DNA from: Patescibacteria group bacterium
GTDB lineage: Bacteria > Patescibacteriota > UBA1384 > UBA12157 > JAENIV01
Assembly (NCBI GenBank): GCA_049515915.1
Contig: JBEKTP010000007.1
Coordinates: 2,401-66,400, forward strand
Reading direction: 5' to 3'
DNA: 64,000 bases
Position numbers and translations under genes: made by a program. The notes below the pieces were generated by a model. That model searched no databases. It saw only the letters and a list, made by a program, of their open reading frames with translations, and was not told where the DNA came from. Position 1 is the first letter of the stretch, and the number at the start of each line of letters is the position of its first letter. Shown here piece after piece: positions 19,649 through 29,157 of the stretch.

Positions 19649-19893
19649 ATATTGCCAAACCATAAACACCACCAGAGAATCAATAACTGGTTAAAAGACC
19701 TGAGTCAAAAGTAATCCATCGCTCAATCCGACAATAAAAGGTTCTAGGCCAAAGTGTTCTGCTAGATAGCAAGCAAGCATAATTAACATTGGCTTGCTTT
19801 TTTTGTTGATCGCAACATATAGTAAAATCACGATAGGATAACTATTCTTTAATGTCTTATTTTCGCCTTACTAAAAGGAAGGGAAGCTAAAAC

Positions 19894-20580
19894 ATGAAAT
19901 TAGCGATATTGATCCCAGCATACGATGAAGAAAAAACAATCGGGCAGGTTTTAAAAAAAATACCCCAAAAACTGCCGCACATCGATGAAATCGAAGTTGT
20001 CGTTATCTCCGATGGCTCACATGATCAGACCGCCAATATTGCCATAAAACTTGGTGCCACCGTGATTGAACACGATTTAAATCGCGGTTTGGGAGGCGCC
20101 TTGGGTACCGGCTTTGAATACGCCAAAATCAATGATTTTGACTATTTACTAACCTTTGACGCTGACGGCCAGCACAACTACCGGGACATTTGGCCGGTCC
20201 TTCGGCCGATCGTCTATAAAAAGGCGGACGTTTCGATTGGTTCAAGACTAAAAGAACATAAAGGAATGCCTTGGCATCGAATGGTCGGCATCTGGGGTTT
20301 AAACCTTGTCACCTATCTTTTTTTCTGGGTTTGGACAACCGATTCACAATCCGGTCTCAGAGCTTTTTCTAAAAAAGCAATTCACTCGATTAATATTCAA
20401 GCCAATCGTATGGAAGTTTCCTCGGAGTTCTTCTATGAGGCCGGTAAAAAAAATTTGAAAATCACTGAAGTTTCAATCGAGAGCATTTACACTGATTATT
20501 CGCTTAATAAGGGGCAAAAAAGCATTAATGCTTTTAAAATTTTGGCCAAAATGGCCTACCGGCGATTTTTTAGCAAATAA
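19894..20580 (+). CDS. GT2 polyprenol-phosphate glycosyltransferase (GtrB/CsbB-like)
   Basis: ILIPAYDEE...VVVISDGSHDQT...FDADGQH motifs. 228 aa. Confidence 0.8.
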   Translation: MKLAILIPAYDEEKTIGQVLKKIPQKLPHIDEIEVVVISDGSHDQTANIAIKLGATVIEHDLNRGLGGALGTGFEYAKINDFDYLLTFDADGQHNYRDIWPVLRPIVYKKADVSIGSRLKEHKGMPWHRMVGIWGLNLVTYLFFWVWTTDSQSGLRAFSKKAIHSINIQANRMEVSSEFFYEAGKKNLKITEVSIESIYTDYSLNKGQKSINAFKILAKMAYRRFFSK

Positions 20581-20629
20581 TGAATTCTTTTACCACAAAA
20601 CAACACAAATAAATTAAAGGGTTGTTAAA

Positions 20630-21022
20630 TTGAATACCAACATTTTTCATGGTTTAGCCTTAGTCAAAACTTTGTTTACGATTTTCGCTTTATTTGCTTG
20701 GTCACGAGCGGTGATTAGGTTTTACGCCAAAGACCTCAATATTAAAGAGCTGATTTTTTGGACCTTGGTCTGGCTTTTAATGATCGTGCTGGTTTTTATT
20801 CCAGGCAAAACGAACTTTTTTGCCCGACTTTTAGGAATAGACCGCGGCAACGACGCGATGTTCTTTTTAGCGATCGTCGCTCTTTTCTACGCCACGTATC
20901 GTCTCTATGTTAAAAGTAACGAAGCCGAGAAGGAAATTACCCGCTTAGTCAGAGCGCTAGCCTTAAAAAATGTTTTTAAAAAGAAAGGCAAAAGGAGGGC
21001 GATAAAGAGAAGGTTGGGATGA
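20630..21022 (+). CDS. small DUF2304-like membrane protein (GT2 partner)
   Basis: 130 aa with 3-4 TM and a basic C-tail. DUF2304 is commonly encoded right after GtrB-like GT2 genes. Confidence 0.45.
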   Translation: MNTNIFHGLALVKTLFTIFALFAWSRAVIRFYAKDLNIKELIFWTLVWLLMIVLVFIPGKTNFFARLLGIDRGNDAMFFLAIVALFYATYRLYVKSNEAEKEITRLVRALALKNVFKKKGKRRAIKRRLG

Positions 21023-22233
21023 AAGTACTCCTTATCACCCAGTGGTATAAACCAATCAAAGGTGCAGTTAAAAGGATGGCCCGCATAGCCGATCATCTGG
21101 CCGAAAAGGGACACGAAGTCACCGTCTTAACTGGCTTTCCCTCGAAACCGACCGGAATTTTACCTCCCCAATATCGGTGGAAACTTTGGGCCAAGGAGAC
21201 CGATGGTAAGGTCAAAATCTTGCGCACTTATGAATTCCCCGCCCCAAACAGGGGTATCTTAAAACGGCTTTTAAATTATTTTTCTTTTATGGTCTCGGCT
21301 TCGATAGCTTCTTTAGTTTTACCAAAGCATGAGGTTGTCATTGTGAGTTCCCCTTCTTTTTTCGCCGGCCTTCCGGGAATTTTGGCTAGTACAATTTATA
21401 AATCAAAATTTTTCTTTGATGTCCGCGACCTTTGGCCAGATTCGGCCGTTGATATGGGAATGGCCAAACAAGGTAGCTGGACTATCAAGATAATGGAATA
21501 TTTCGAAAAACTCTATTACCGAAAAGCCACCAAAATTACCACCGCGACACCAGCCATCAGAGATCATATCATCAGCGAAGGGGTGCCGGAAAATAAAGTC
21601 GAACTTCTTTTAAACAGCACCGACACCAATTTTTTTAAACCCGAGAAAGTCAACCGAAGAAAATATCATTTTTCAGACGACGATTTTATCGCCTGCTACA
21701 CCGGCTCGATGAGCGCCATTCAGGATTTAGACACCTTGATTAAAGCCGCTTTTAAGCTCAAAAAATACCCGAAAATCAAATTTCTTTTTGTCGGCGAAGG
21801 TGAAGAAAAAGAAAAACTTATCTATCAAGCCAAAAAACTTCGGCTGATAAATTGTGTCTTTTTACCCCAGCAAGAACCGGCTCAAGTCGTTAAATTAATC
21901 AATTTATCTGATATTGGCCTTGTGCCAATTCTTAATACAAAAGTCTTTCAAGAAGCCATGCCTTCAAAATCAAGCGAATATTTTGCCTGCGGTAAACCGG
22001 TGATCGCCTCGGTCAAGGGAGCTTTAAAGGAGATTATCGAAAAAGAAAAAATTGGGTCGATTTATGCCGGCGGTGACGAGACCGGAGCAGCTCAAGCCAT
22101 TCTTAAACTTTTTCAAAAACGCCGAGAACTCAAAAATATGGGCCGGAAAGCTCGTGATGTTGCCTTAAAAAAATTCTCCGATCAAGTTTTCTTTCGAACG
22201 CTCGACAAAATATTAGAAATCGCTCGCGTTTAA
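21019..22233 (+). CDS. glycosyltransferase family 4 (WbuB-like)
   Basis: GT-B architecture. The N-terminal domain begins KVLLITQWYKP and a C-terminal Glycos_transf_1-like region is present. The stop overlaps the previous gene. Confidence 0.7.
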   Translation: MKVLLITQWYKPIKGAVKRMARIADHLAEKGHEVTVLTGFPSKPTGILPPQYRWKLWAKETDGKVKILRTYEFPAPNRGILKRLLNYFSFMVSASIASLVLPKHEVVIVSSPSFFAGLPGILASTIYKSKFFFDVRDLWPDSAVDMGMAKQGSWTIKIMEYFEKLYYRKATKITTATPAIRDHIISEGVPENKVELLLNSTDTNFFKPEKVNRRKYHFSDDDFIACYTGSMSAIQDLDTLIKAAFKLKKYPKIKFLFVGEGEEKEKLIYQAKKLRLINCVFLPQQEPAQVVKLINLSDIGLVPILNTKVFQEAMPSKSSEYFACGKPVIASVKGALKEIIEKEKIGSIYAGGDETGAAQAILKLFQKRRELKNMGRKARDVALKKFSDQVFFRTLDKILEIARV

Positions 22234-22799
22234 GGCCGGTAAATGTAAGCCAGTAAATAGGTCATGCCATAGGCGAAAACCGAAAGAATAATGCCGTAAA
22301 TTAAAGCCCGAATGGCTAAATAAAGATAAACTTTTCGAGGAATGTTGGAATATTTCGTCAGATTGTAGGTTTCGGTAATGTAGGCGTTGTAGATTTTATT
22401 TTCGTCGCCCATGGCCTCATAAACATTTTTTTGGTACTCATCCAAAGCCATCGAATCAATGTAATGATGGTAAAAAAGACTTTCTTTTTGGCCTTTTTTA
22501 GCCATAAACCGCGGTGGTTTTAAGGCCACGATCGCCAAAGCGAGCGACACGCCAAAAGCGAGCATGGGGATTAAAAAGACAATACTGTTGCCGACGGTGT
22601 CCTGAAAACGGGTCACAAAAAAGACAATCAAAGCGGAATTAAAACCGATAATGATATTGGCCCGCATGTCCAGCATATTACGGATTTCGTTTTGTTTACT
22701 CAAAAGATCGGAAACAAACGTAATTTTTTCTAAGACGCCAAAACCCCGCTTGAAATCTTTCTCGAGTTCTTTTTCGGCCACTTTCAATTCACCATTCAT
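22230..22799 (-). CDS. hypothetical small membrane protein (coiled N-terminus, 2 central TM, C-terminal TM)
   Basis: 189 aa. The topology is reminiscent of SLATT/2TM effector-like proteins, but there is no sequence proof. It is the last gene of the minus-strand operon after the 726-aa membrane protein. Confidence 0.35.
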   Translation of the reverse strand: MNGELKVAEKELEKDFKRGFGVLEKITFVSDLLSKQNEIRNMLDMRANIIIGFNSALIVFFVTRFQDTVGNSIVFLIPMLAFGVSLALAIVALKPPRFMAKKGQKESLFYHHYIDSMALDEYQKNVYEAMGDENKIYNAYITETYNLTKYSNIPRKVYLYLAIRALIYGIILSVFAYGMTYLLAYIYRP

Positions 22800-22842
22800 T
22801 TCCCCTCGCTTTTATTATACATCGGCGCGTGATTGAAGCCAA

Positions 22843-25023
22843 CTATAAATTCGCCTTTTTGACTAAATATATTGCGGTTTGATTCTTATTATAGATCTTT
22901 GTTAAATAGATAGGATAAGAATCAAACATTTGAGGGTTATAAACCTCGGTATGAACCAGGAGGATATAATCGATATTCCCCTGTTCTAACAACGGAATTT
23001 TTTGACTAAAATCCACTGACGGATCATAAATCGTCTGATAGGCCGCTAACTCCGGACTTTGAGGGTAGCCAACGATAAATTGATCAAACAAAGATGCGAA
23101 CATCGTGGCGTGACCAGAAAAGACCAAAAATACTGATTTGGGCGGCAGATTATTCCTTATAAAATTATAACCATCTTGGCCGCCAAAAGTTGTTATGTCC
23201 ACCAAACGATCTCGGATGATTTGTGGCGAAGCAAAAGCGGTTTTTGAATTAATAAGCGATAGATTACCTCGCCAACTCGGAATAATGGTTAAAAAGAAAA
23301 TTATTAAAAGGAGCGCGACCGAAAGGTGATGCTGGCTTTCGAGTTTTTCGAGCCCGTTTTTCAACCGAGTAGAGAAGTGTTGCCAAATCAAAAGCCCTGC
23401 CGATATAACCGTTAAAACAATAATTGCCCAGGTTAGATGAGCGTAAAACCAATTGGCGACTGGTTGAGTCCAAATCAAATAAAAATCTGGCGGATTTTTG
23501 CCAAATTGCAGCCAAATTAAGATGCCGGCGGCCAAAGCGAGAAAAACATTGAGTAACATCTTAAGCAATCGCGTTTTGACCAAATCAAAAAACCGGTCAA
23601 ATATCATGATCAAAAAGCCGAGGGCCAAAGCCCAAAAAAGAAACGGCCAGGTGACATTTTGAGGAATTCGATCTAAAAAGACACTTCCGATATTGGGCAA
23701 CCGGACAATAAATTGCTGAACAGCGTGAATACTAATTAAAGGCACAACCAAGAGGCTGGCTAAAATAAAGCTGACGCGCGGATTTTGCCGATTAAACCAT
23801 AAAAGCGGCGGCACAAACAGCAAGAATGTCCAGTCCATTTTATAGACCAGACTTCTCGGCGTATTGAAAAATAAATTGATGTTTTCGGAAACAAAATGAC
23901 TTTTAAGTTGTAAAATAACTAGCACGATAAAGATTGCCGAAAGATTGATCGCGACAAGAAGAAGAATCTTTTTCAGATCGTCCCAAAAATTCTTTCGCCA
24001 AAAATTACAAACCAGGTAGGCGAGAGCGAAGGTAATAATAATCGCCAGATAATAAAAATATTGCACGGCGTGAATTAAACCGATAAAAAGGGAAAGAGTC
24101 AGGATTATACCCAGGATTTTATAGTTTATTTTTTTGTTAAAAATAAATTTTAAGGAAATTCCTACCAGCAATGGCAGCATCAGAACTTGATTTAAGGTGT
24201 CAGGAACAGTCAAGCGCGTAAAAATATAACCGGCTTGATTGCTCATAAAACTGAGAAAGAAAAATACGGCGATAAACGCCCAGAGACGCGATTGGAGAAT
24301 CAGACGAAAAATAAAATACCACGCCAAAATCGTCAATAAAAATAATGGCGCAACCATCAGGTACCAACCGCCAAAAACGTTAAGATTCTCAATCTTGGAA
24401 ACTAACGCCACGAAAACATGCCAGATAGGAAAGCCGTACGCGATATGAAGAGTATTTTTGACAAAACTAAGATTATCAATCGAAAGGGCTTGTCCACTGA
24501 TGGCTTTTTGGACATACGACAGATGAAAAAGTGGATCGCCTTTAAAATTAGATCCTTGAGCGCTGATGAGTAGAAAATAAGCGCCTGTAACGAGACCAAA
24601 AATTAAGATTGGTAAGTTTTTAGCGTGAAAAACTTTGCGGTAATTAAAAGAAAATTCTTTTGGATTTCGACCGTACAAATCTTTTAAAAACGCCGCTAAA
24701 AACAATCCTCCCATTAAGATAAGATAAACTATCAGCAAGGTATTGATCGTTAAAGAAGTCAAAATCGAAAGAGAAATCAATAAAAAAGCGTAGACAAAAC
24801 CAATGCTGGAATAAAGAACCAACCGTTCCGATAACCCCTTTAAATCAAAATTGAACAACCTCGCCAAACTAAAACCGGGTAAAATCAACAGCAACAAAAA
24901 GGTTATTGAGAAAGTGATAAAATTAGTACTAATAAAAATCCGGAAGGCAAGCGCCAAAAATATCCAAGAAACCAAAACAGTATAAGCAAAAAGTAATTTT
25001 TTGGCTTTAAAAAAACTTCTCAT
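22843..25023 (-). CDS. large polytopic membrane protein, GT-C-like (YfhO/ArnT-like) glycosyltransferase candidate
   Basis: 726 aa with more than 12 TM and a C-terminal soluble domain of about 150 aa. An acidic loop motif GDPLFH is present. Confidence 0.4.
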   Translation of the reverse strand: MRSFFKAKKLLFAYTVLVSWIFLALAFRIFISTNFITFSITFLLLLILPGFSLARLFNFDLKGLSERLVLYSSIGFVYAFLLISLSILTSLTINTLLIVYLILMGGLFLAAFLKDLYGRNPKEFSFNYRKVFHAKNLPILIFGLVTGAYFLLISAQGSNFKGDPLFHLSYVQKAISGQALSIDNLSFVKNTLHIAYGFPIWHVFVALVSKIENLNVFGGWYLMVAPLFLLTILAWYFIFRLILQSRLWAFIAVFFFLSFMSNQAGYIFTRLTVPDTLNQVLMLPLLVGISLKFIFNKKINYKILGIILTLSLFIGLIHAVQYFYYLAIIITFALAYLVCNFWRKNFWDDLKKILLLVAINLSAIFIVLVILQLKSHFVSENINLFFNTPRSLVYKMDWTFLLFVPPLLWFNRQNPRVSFILASLLVVPLISIHAVQQFIVRLPNIGSVFLDRIPQNVTWPFLFWALALGFLIMIFDRFFDLVKTRLLKMLLNVFLALAAGILIWLQFGKNPPDFYLIWTQPVANWFYAHLTWAIIVLTVISAGLLIWQHFSTRLKNGLEKLESQHHLSVALLLIIFFLTIIPSWRGNLSLINSKTAFASPQIIRDRLVDITTFGGQDGYNFIRNNLPPKSVFLVFSGHATMFASLFDQFIVGYPQSPELAAYQTIYDPSVDFSQKIPLLEQGNIDYILLVHTEVYNPQMFDSYPIYLTKIYNKNQTAIYLVKKANL

Positions 25024-25110
25024 TGGTTACCCTAAAATTAAGAAATGAGATCTTTAATCTCTTTTTATCATAGCACAAAATTTATTGGGACTAAAAAACG
25101 GAATGTAAAT

Positions 25111-26190
25111 TTATCGGTTTTTTAGAAATCTATAAATAATTTGAGTGATCTTGGTATAACTTTTCCCATCCCCTAAAAAATTAGGGTGATTTTTGGGTTC
25201 AGGAAAGTTCCTAGAAAGTCGGACAATCTTATTTATGTTGGTGCCGGCCAGTCGGTTCCAGCCGGCCGCGACAGTTTCGATCCATTCAGTCTGTTCTCGC
25301 AGGGTCACGCACGGCACATAATCCAAATAAGCTTCTTTCTGGACACCGCCAGAATCGGTCAGAATCAATGAAGCGTTTGCTTCCAGAGCAATCATGTCAA
25401 AGAACCCGACGGGCTTAATCAGCCGAATTATAGGGTAATGAGAAATAAGTATATCGAGTTTATACTCTTTAAGATAATTGACCGTTCTCGGATGCACCGG
25501 GAAGATTATCGTTTGACCGAGTTCTATCAAAGCCTTGATAATATTTTCCAAATTTTTGCGCCGATCAGTGTTTTCTGCCCGATGAACCGTCGCCAATATA
25601 TAGTTTTTCGGTTTTAAGTTATATTTCTTCAAAGTTTTGACATTTGACATTTGAGCTTTTAGCTTTAACTGGATATCCGCCATCACATCGCCCGTAAAAT
25701 AAACGCCTTGAGTAATTCCTTCGCCTTTAAGAATTTTAACTGAAGATTGGGTGGGGCAAAAAAGCAAATCAGAAACGTGATCGGTTACCACGCGATTGAT
25801 TTCTTCGGGCATTTGGCGGTTATAAGACCTCATTCCCGCCTCGACGTGAGCGACCGGAATATGAAGTTTGGCCGCCGCCAATGATCCAGCCACCGTCGAA
25901 TTTGTATCGCCGTAGACTAAGACCAGATCCGGTTTTTCTTTAAGCAAAACCGCCTCAATTTTTTGGAGCATTTTGCCCGTCTGGACGCCATGCGAATCCG
26001 AGCCGACACCGAGATTATAATCCGGCTTTTTGATCTTCAGTTCCTTAATAAAAATGTCTGACATGTTAAAATCATAATGCTGGCCGGTATGAACAATAAT
26101 TTCTCGGGCAATTTTCTTCAGCGCCTGCGAGATTAAAGGCGTTTTGATCAATTGAGGCCGCGCGCCGACAATGGTAACAATTTTTTTCAT
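25111..26190 (-). CDS. UDP-N-acetylglucosamine 2-epimerase (WecB/WbpI family)
   Basis: IVGARPQLIK...HTGQHYD...GDTNSTVAGSLAAAKLHIPVAHVEAG motifs. Confidence 0.85.
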   Translation of the reverse strand: MKKIVTIVGARPQLIKTPLISQALKKIAREIIVHTGQHYDFNMSDIFIKELKIKKPDYNLGVGSDSHGVQTGKMLQKIEAVLLKEKPDLVLVYGDTNSTVAGSLAAAKLHIPVAHVEAGMRSYNRQMPEEINRVVTDHVSDLLFCPTQSSVKILKGEGITQGVYFTGDVMADIQLKLKAQMSNVKTLKKYNLKPKNYILATVHRAENTDRRKNLENIIKALIELGQTIIFPVHPRTVNYLKEYKLDILISHYPIIRLIKPVGFFDMIALEANASLILTDSGGVQKEAYLDYVPCVTLREQTEWIETVAAGWNRLAGTNINKIVRLSRNFPEPKNHPNFLGDGKSYTKITQIIYRFLKNR

Positions 26191-28106
26191 AGATTATCCC
26201 CTGGTTTAACTCGAGCTGAAGAGTCAATAAAAGTTCTAAACCAAATTTCCAAGTTATATAATCGCCAAAAAAATCGGTAGTCTCCCGTCTTATCGCTGAG
26301 AAAATCCTCGAATGATTGTTTAACTTTTAGAGAGTTAAAATATCCTCGAGAGCGGAAACTTTCTGAAGCAAAGACCTTTTTGAATTCTTGGGCTAAATTT
26401 TCCTTGATCCATTTTTTTTCAGGGGTCTCAAAACCGATTTTGTCAGGCCGGTTCTTAATCTTTTCCGGCAATATTCCCGCCAGGGCTTCTCTCATAATCC
26501 ATTTTGTCTTCCCGGAACGGATTTTTTGGGAATGAGGTAAAGAGTATAAATATTCAACTAACCGGTAGTCCAAAAATGGCACCCGCGATTCGATTGCAAA
26601 GGCCATCGAGTTACGATCTTCATAACGCAGAAGAGACGCTAGCCCGACCTTGGCCGAAGTGTAAAGAGCGTTTCTAAATACATCCCCGGTTGGACGAAGC
26701 GAATAATTATGATGATATTTTTGTTGGAAGACCGGATCAAAAATCTCAAATTCCTTTTGGTGTTTACGATAACGGGAAGCCAGTGTTTTTCCTAAAACCC
26801 CTCGGCTTAAAAGGCTATTGGTAAAATCCCTGAAGGCAAACTTATTGGCCGAGAAATCATAGGCCATCAACCCTTTGGCAAAATCGATCAATTGGAAACT
26901 CTTAAACATTTGAAGAAGAAAAATCTCCCGATAAAAAAGATAGCCAGCCATAAATTCATCGGATCCTTGGCCATCAAGCATCACCTTGACTCTATGCTGG
27001 GCCGCCAAACGAAAAACATCCCATTGGGCGTAAATACTCGTCGAGCCGAAAGGCGTATCCTGATGCCAAACGAGTTTTTCAATTTCATCAGCAAGCTTGG
27101 CCCCTGAAGGTTTGACAAAAAAAGATTGGGCATGGGTTTTCCGAATCACCTCTCGGATGTAAGGAGTCTCATCATAACGGGGATATTTTTTTGAGTCGTA
27201 GACCGCCGAAAATGTTGTCTGCCACTTGCCAACCTGTTTCGTATTTTCATCTTTGAGATACTTATTAACGACACAAACTATCGCCGAGGAATCTAAGCCG
27301 CCCGAGAGACAACTCCCGATTGGGACATCGCTTCTTAAGCGTAATTTTATTGAATCGAAAAAGAGTTCGCGGAATTTTTCCTGGTAATCGCGATCGTTAG
27401 AAAAACGGGTGGTTTTTTGATGATCGAGATCCCACCATTGCTCAATTTTGATTTTATCGTTTTGGATGGTAAAACAATGGCCGGCGCGCAAATCTTTAAT
27501 CCCGGCAAACATTGTTTCTTCCGTATGATCAACTAAGCCGTTTTGCATTAAATAATCCCACACGATTTTATCGTTGGGTTTGGCTTTGATATTCGAATGG
27601 GCCAGCAGCGCCTTGATTTCGGAAGCAAAAATGAAAATATTTTTATCGTGAAAGTAATAAAGCGGCTTGACCCCCAGCCGATCGCGGGCACCAAAAAGCA
27701 CTCGCCTTCTTCGATCATAGATAACAAAAGCCCACATTCCATTAAAATGATCTAAACACCTAGCGCCCCACTCCTTGTAAGCCGCTAAAATAACCTCGGT
27801 ATCGCTTTGCGATTTAAATTGATAACCCTTATCTAAAAGCTCTTCACGAATTTCAAGATAATTATAGACTTCGCCGTTAAAAACGATGACTAAATTACCG
27901 CGATCGTAAAACATCGGTTGATGACCCAAAGGAGAGAGATCTAAAATCGAGAGGCGACGATGACCAAGTGCCAAATCATTGGTGACGAGAATCCCTTCAT
28001 CATCTGGACCGCGATGAATAATTGTCTCGGTCATTTTCTTAATGATTTTCCGATTTTCAGGATGTCGTTTCCTATCCAAGTTGTAGATTCCGGTAATGCC
28101 ACACAT
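26187..28106 (-). CDS. asparagine synthetase B-family glutamine amidotransferase (WbpS-like sugar amidotransferase candidate)
   Basis: N-terminal MCGITGIY Ntn glutaminase domain plus an SGGLDSS PP-loop. 639 aa. Confidence 0.8.
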   Translation of the reverse strand: MCGITGIYNLDRKRHPENRKIIKKMTETIIHRGPDDEGILVTNDLALGHRRLSILDLSPLGHQPMFYDRGNLVIVFNGEVYNYLEIREELLDKGYQFKSQSDTEVILAAYKEWGARCLDHFNGMWAFVIYDRRRRVLFGARDRLGVKPLYYFHDKNIFIFASEIKALLAHSNIKAKPNDKIVWDYLMQNGLVDHTEETMFAGIKDLRAGHCFTIQNDKIKIEQWWDLDHQKTTRFSNDRDYQEKFRELFFDSIKLRLRSDVPIGSCLSGGLDSSAIVCVVNKYLKDENTKQVGKWQTTFSAVYDSKKYPRYDETPYIREVIRKTHAQSFFVKPSGAKLADEIEKLVWHQDTPFGSTSIYAQWDVFRLAAQHRVKVMLDGQGSDEFMAGYLFYREIFLLQMFKSFQLIDFAKGLMAYDFSANKFAFRDFTNSLLSRGVLGKTLASRYRKHQKEFEIFDPVFQQKYHHNYSLRPTGDVFRNALYTSAKVGLASLLRYEDRNSMAFAIESRVPFLDYRLVEYLYSLPHSQKIRSGKTKWIMREALAGILPEKIKNRPDKIGFETPEKKWIKENLAQEFKKVFASESFRSRGYFNSLKVKQSFEDFLSDKTGDYRFFWRLYNLEIWFRTFIDSSARVKPGDNL

Positions 28107-28119
28107 TTTTTATTTCCGG

Positions 28120-29157
28120 CTAGATACTTTCATATATCGCTTGCCACTTTTTAGCAATAATCTTCGGGGAATAATTTCTGAGGACGTATTGACGACTTTT
28201 TCGGCCAATAATAACCAGTTCATCAAGATTGGACAGGACTTTTTTTAAGACACTATAAATTGTGTCCGGGTCAGCCGAAATAATCGGCAAATCCTTAGGG
28301 TAATATTGTCTTAAGTCAGCTCGAAGATAGCAAATAACAATCTTACCGTAGAGCATACCTTCATAAGAGACCACACTCAGGGCACCCATTAATAATTGAT
28401 CCACCACAATATCGGCTCGGCGATAGAAAAGACCGATATCTTGATGGGGCTGTTTCTCAACGATCAATAGTTCAACCGGAAATTTTTCTCTTTTTAGCCG
28501 CTTAACCGCTTTAACTAAATACTTCGTTCCTTTAATTTTTCGATCGGTTGGGGCATGCATAATGATGATTTTTTTATGGTGATTTTCAGGATTTTTCTTT
28601 GATTGAATACTGGTCGGGACAAGATTATAAATTAACTTTGCTCCCGGCGCAAATTCTAATAAATCAGGGGTTACGACGGTAATTTGATCAGTCCAAAGCT
28701 TAATCCAAAAAGTTCGCCAGATTTTCTTATATCGAAGAAATATTGTCTCGCCTCGATTTTGAGCAAAAAGAGTATTTGCTTGAGTTTTATGAAATTTATA
28801 ACTTAAACGAAGATCATCGCCATCAAAGTTCATCACCATTTTTTTGCCGGAGAACTTTAAAATCGGAAGATCAATATTCCATGGCAACAAAGATTGTCCT
28901 TGACGAAAATGATAAATATCATAATTTCTCGAACGTATGAAATTACCAAATATCCTCACGGCGGCCTTAAACCAACTGACCCGATTAATTTCTAAATTAA
29001 TATCTGATCGAAATTGAAAATCCCCTTCGATAAAATTAAGAGTAGTGACCCTGTAGCCAAGTTTTTCTAAAGCCACTTTTAAATCAAAATTGAGTCCGCT
29101 GTCGAGCGGCCCAAGCAGAATTCTTTTTTTTCTATATTGAGCCGATAACTTTTTCAT
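28120..29157 (-). CDS. uncharacterized GT-B-like protein (paralog of 44018-45094)
   Basis: C-terminal block HAPTDRKIKGTKYLVKAVKRLK...RADIVVDQL...GK.V.CYL is shared with the 44018 gene. Confidence 0.4.
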   Translation of the reverse strand: MKKLSAQYRKKRILLGPLDSGLNFDLKVALEKLGYRVTTLNFIEGDFQFRSDINLEINRVSWFKAAVRIFGNFIRSRNYDIYHFRQGQSLLPWNIDLPILKFSGKKMVMNFDGDDLRLSYKFHKTQANTLFAQNRGETIFLRYKKIWRTFWIKLWTDQITVVTPDLLEFAPGAKLIYNLVPTSIQSKKNPENHHKKIIIMHAPTDRKIKGTKYLVKAVKRLKREKFPVELLIVEKQPHQDIGLFYRRADIVVDQLLMGALSVVSYEGMLYGKIVICYLRADLRQYYPKDLPIISADPDTIYSVLKKVLSNLDELVIIGRKSRQYVLRNYSPKIIAKKWQAIYESI

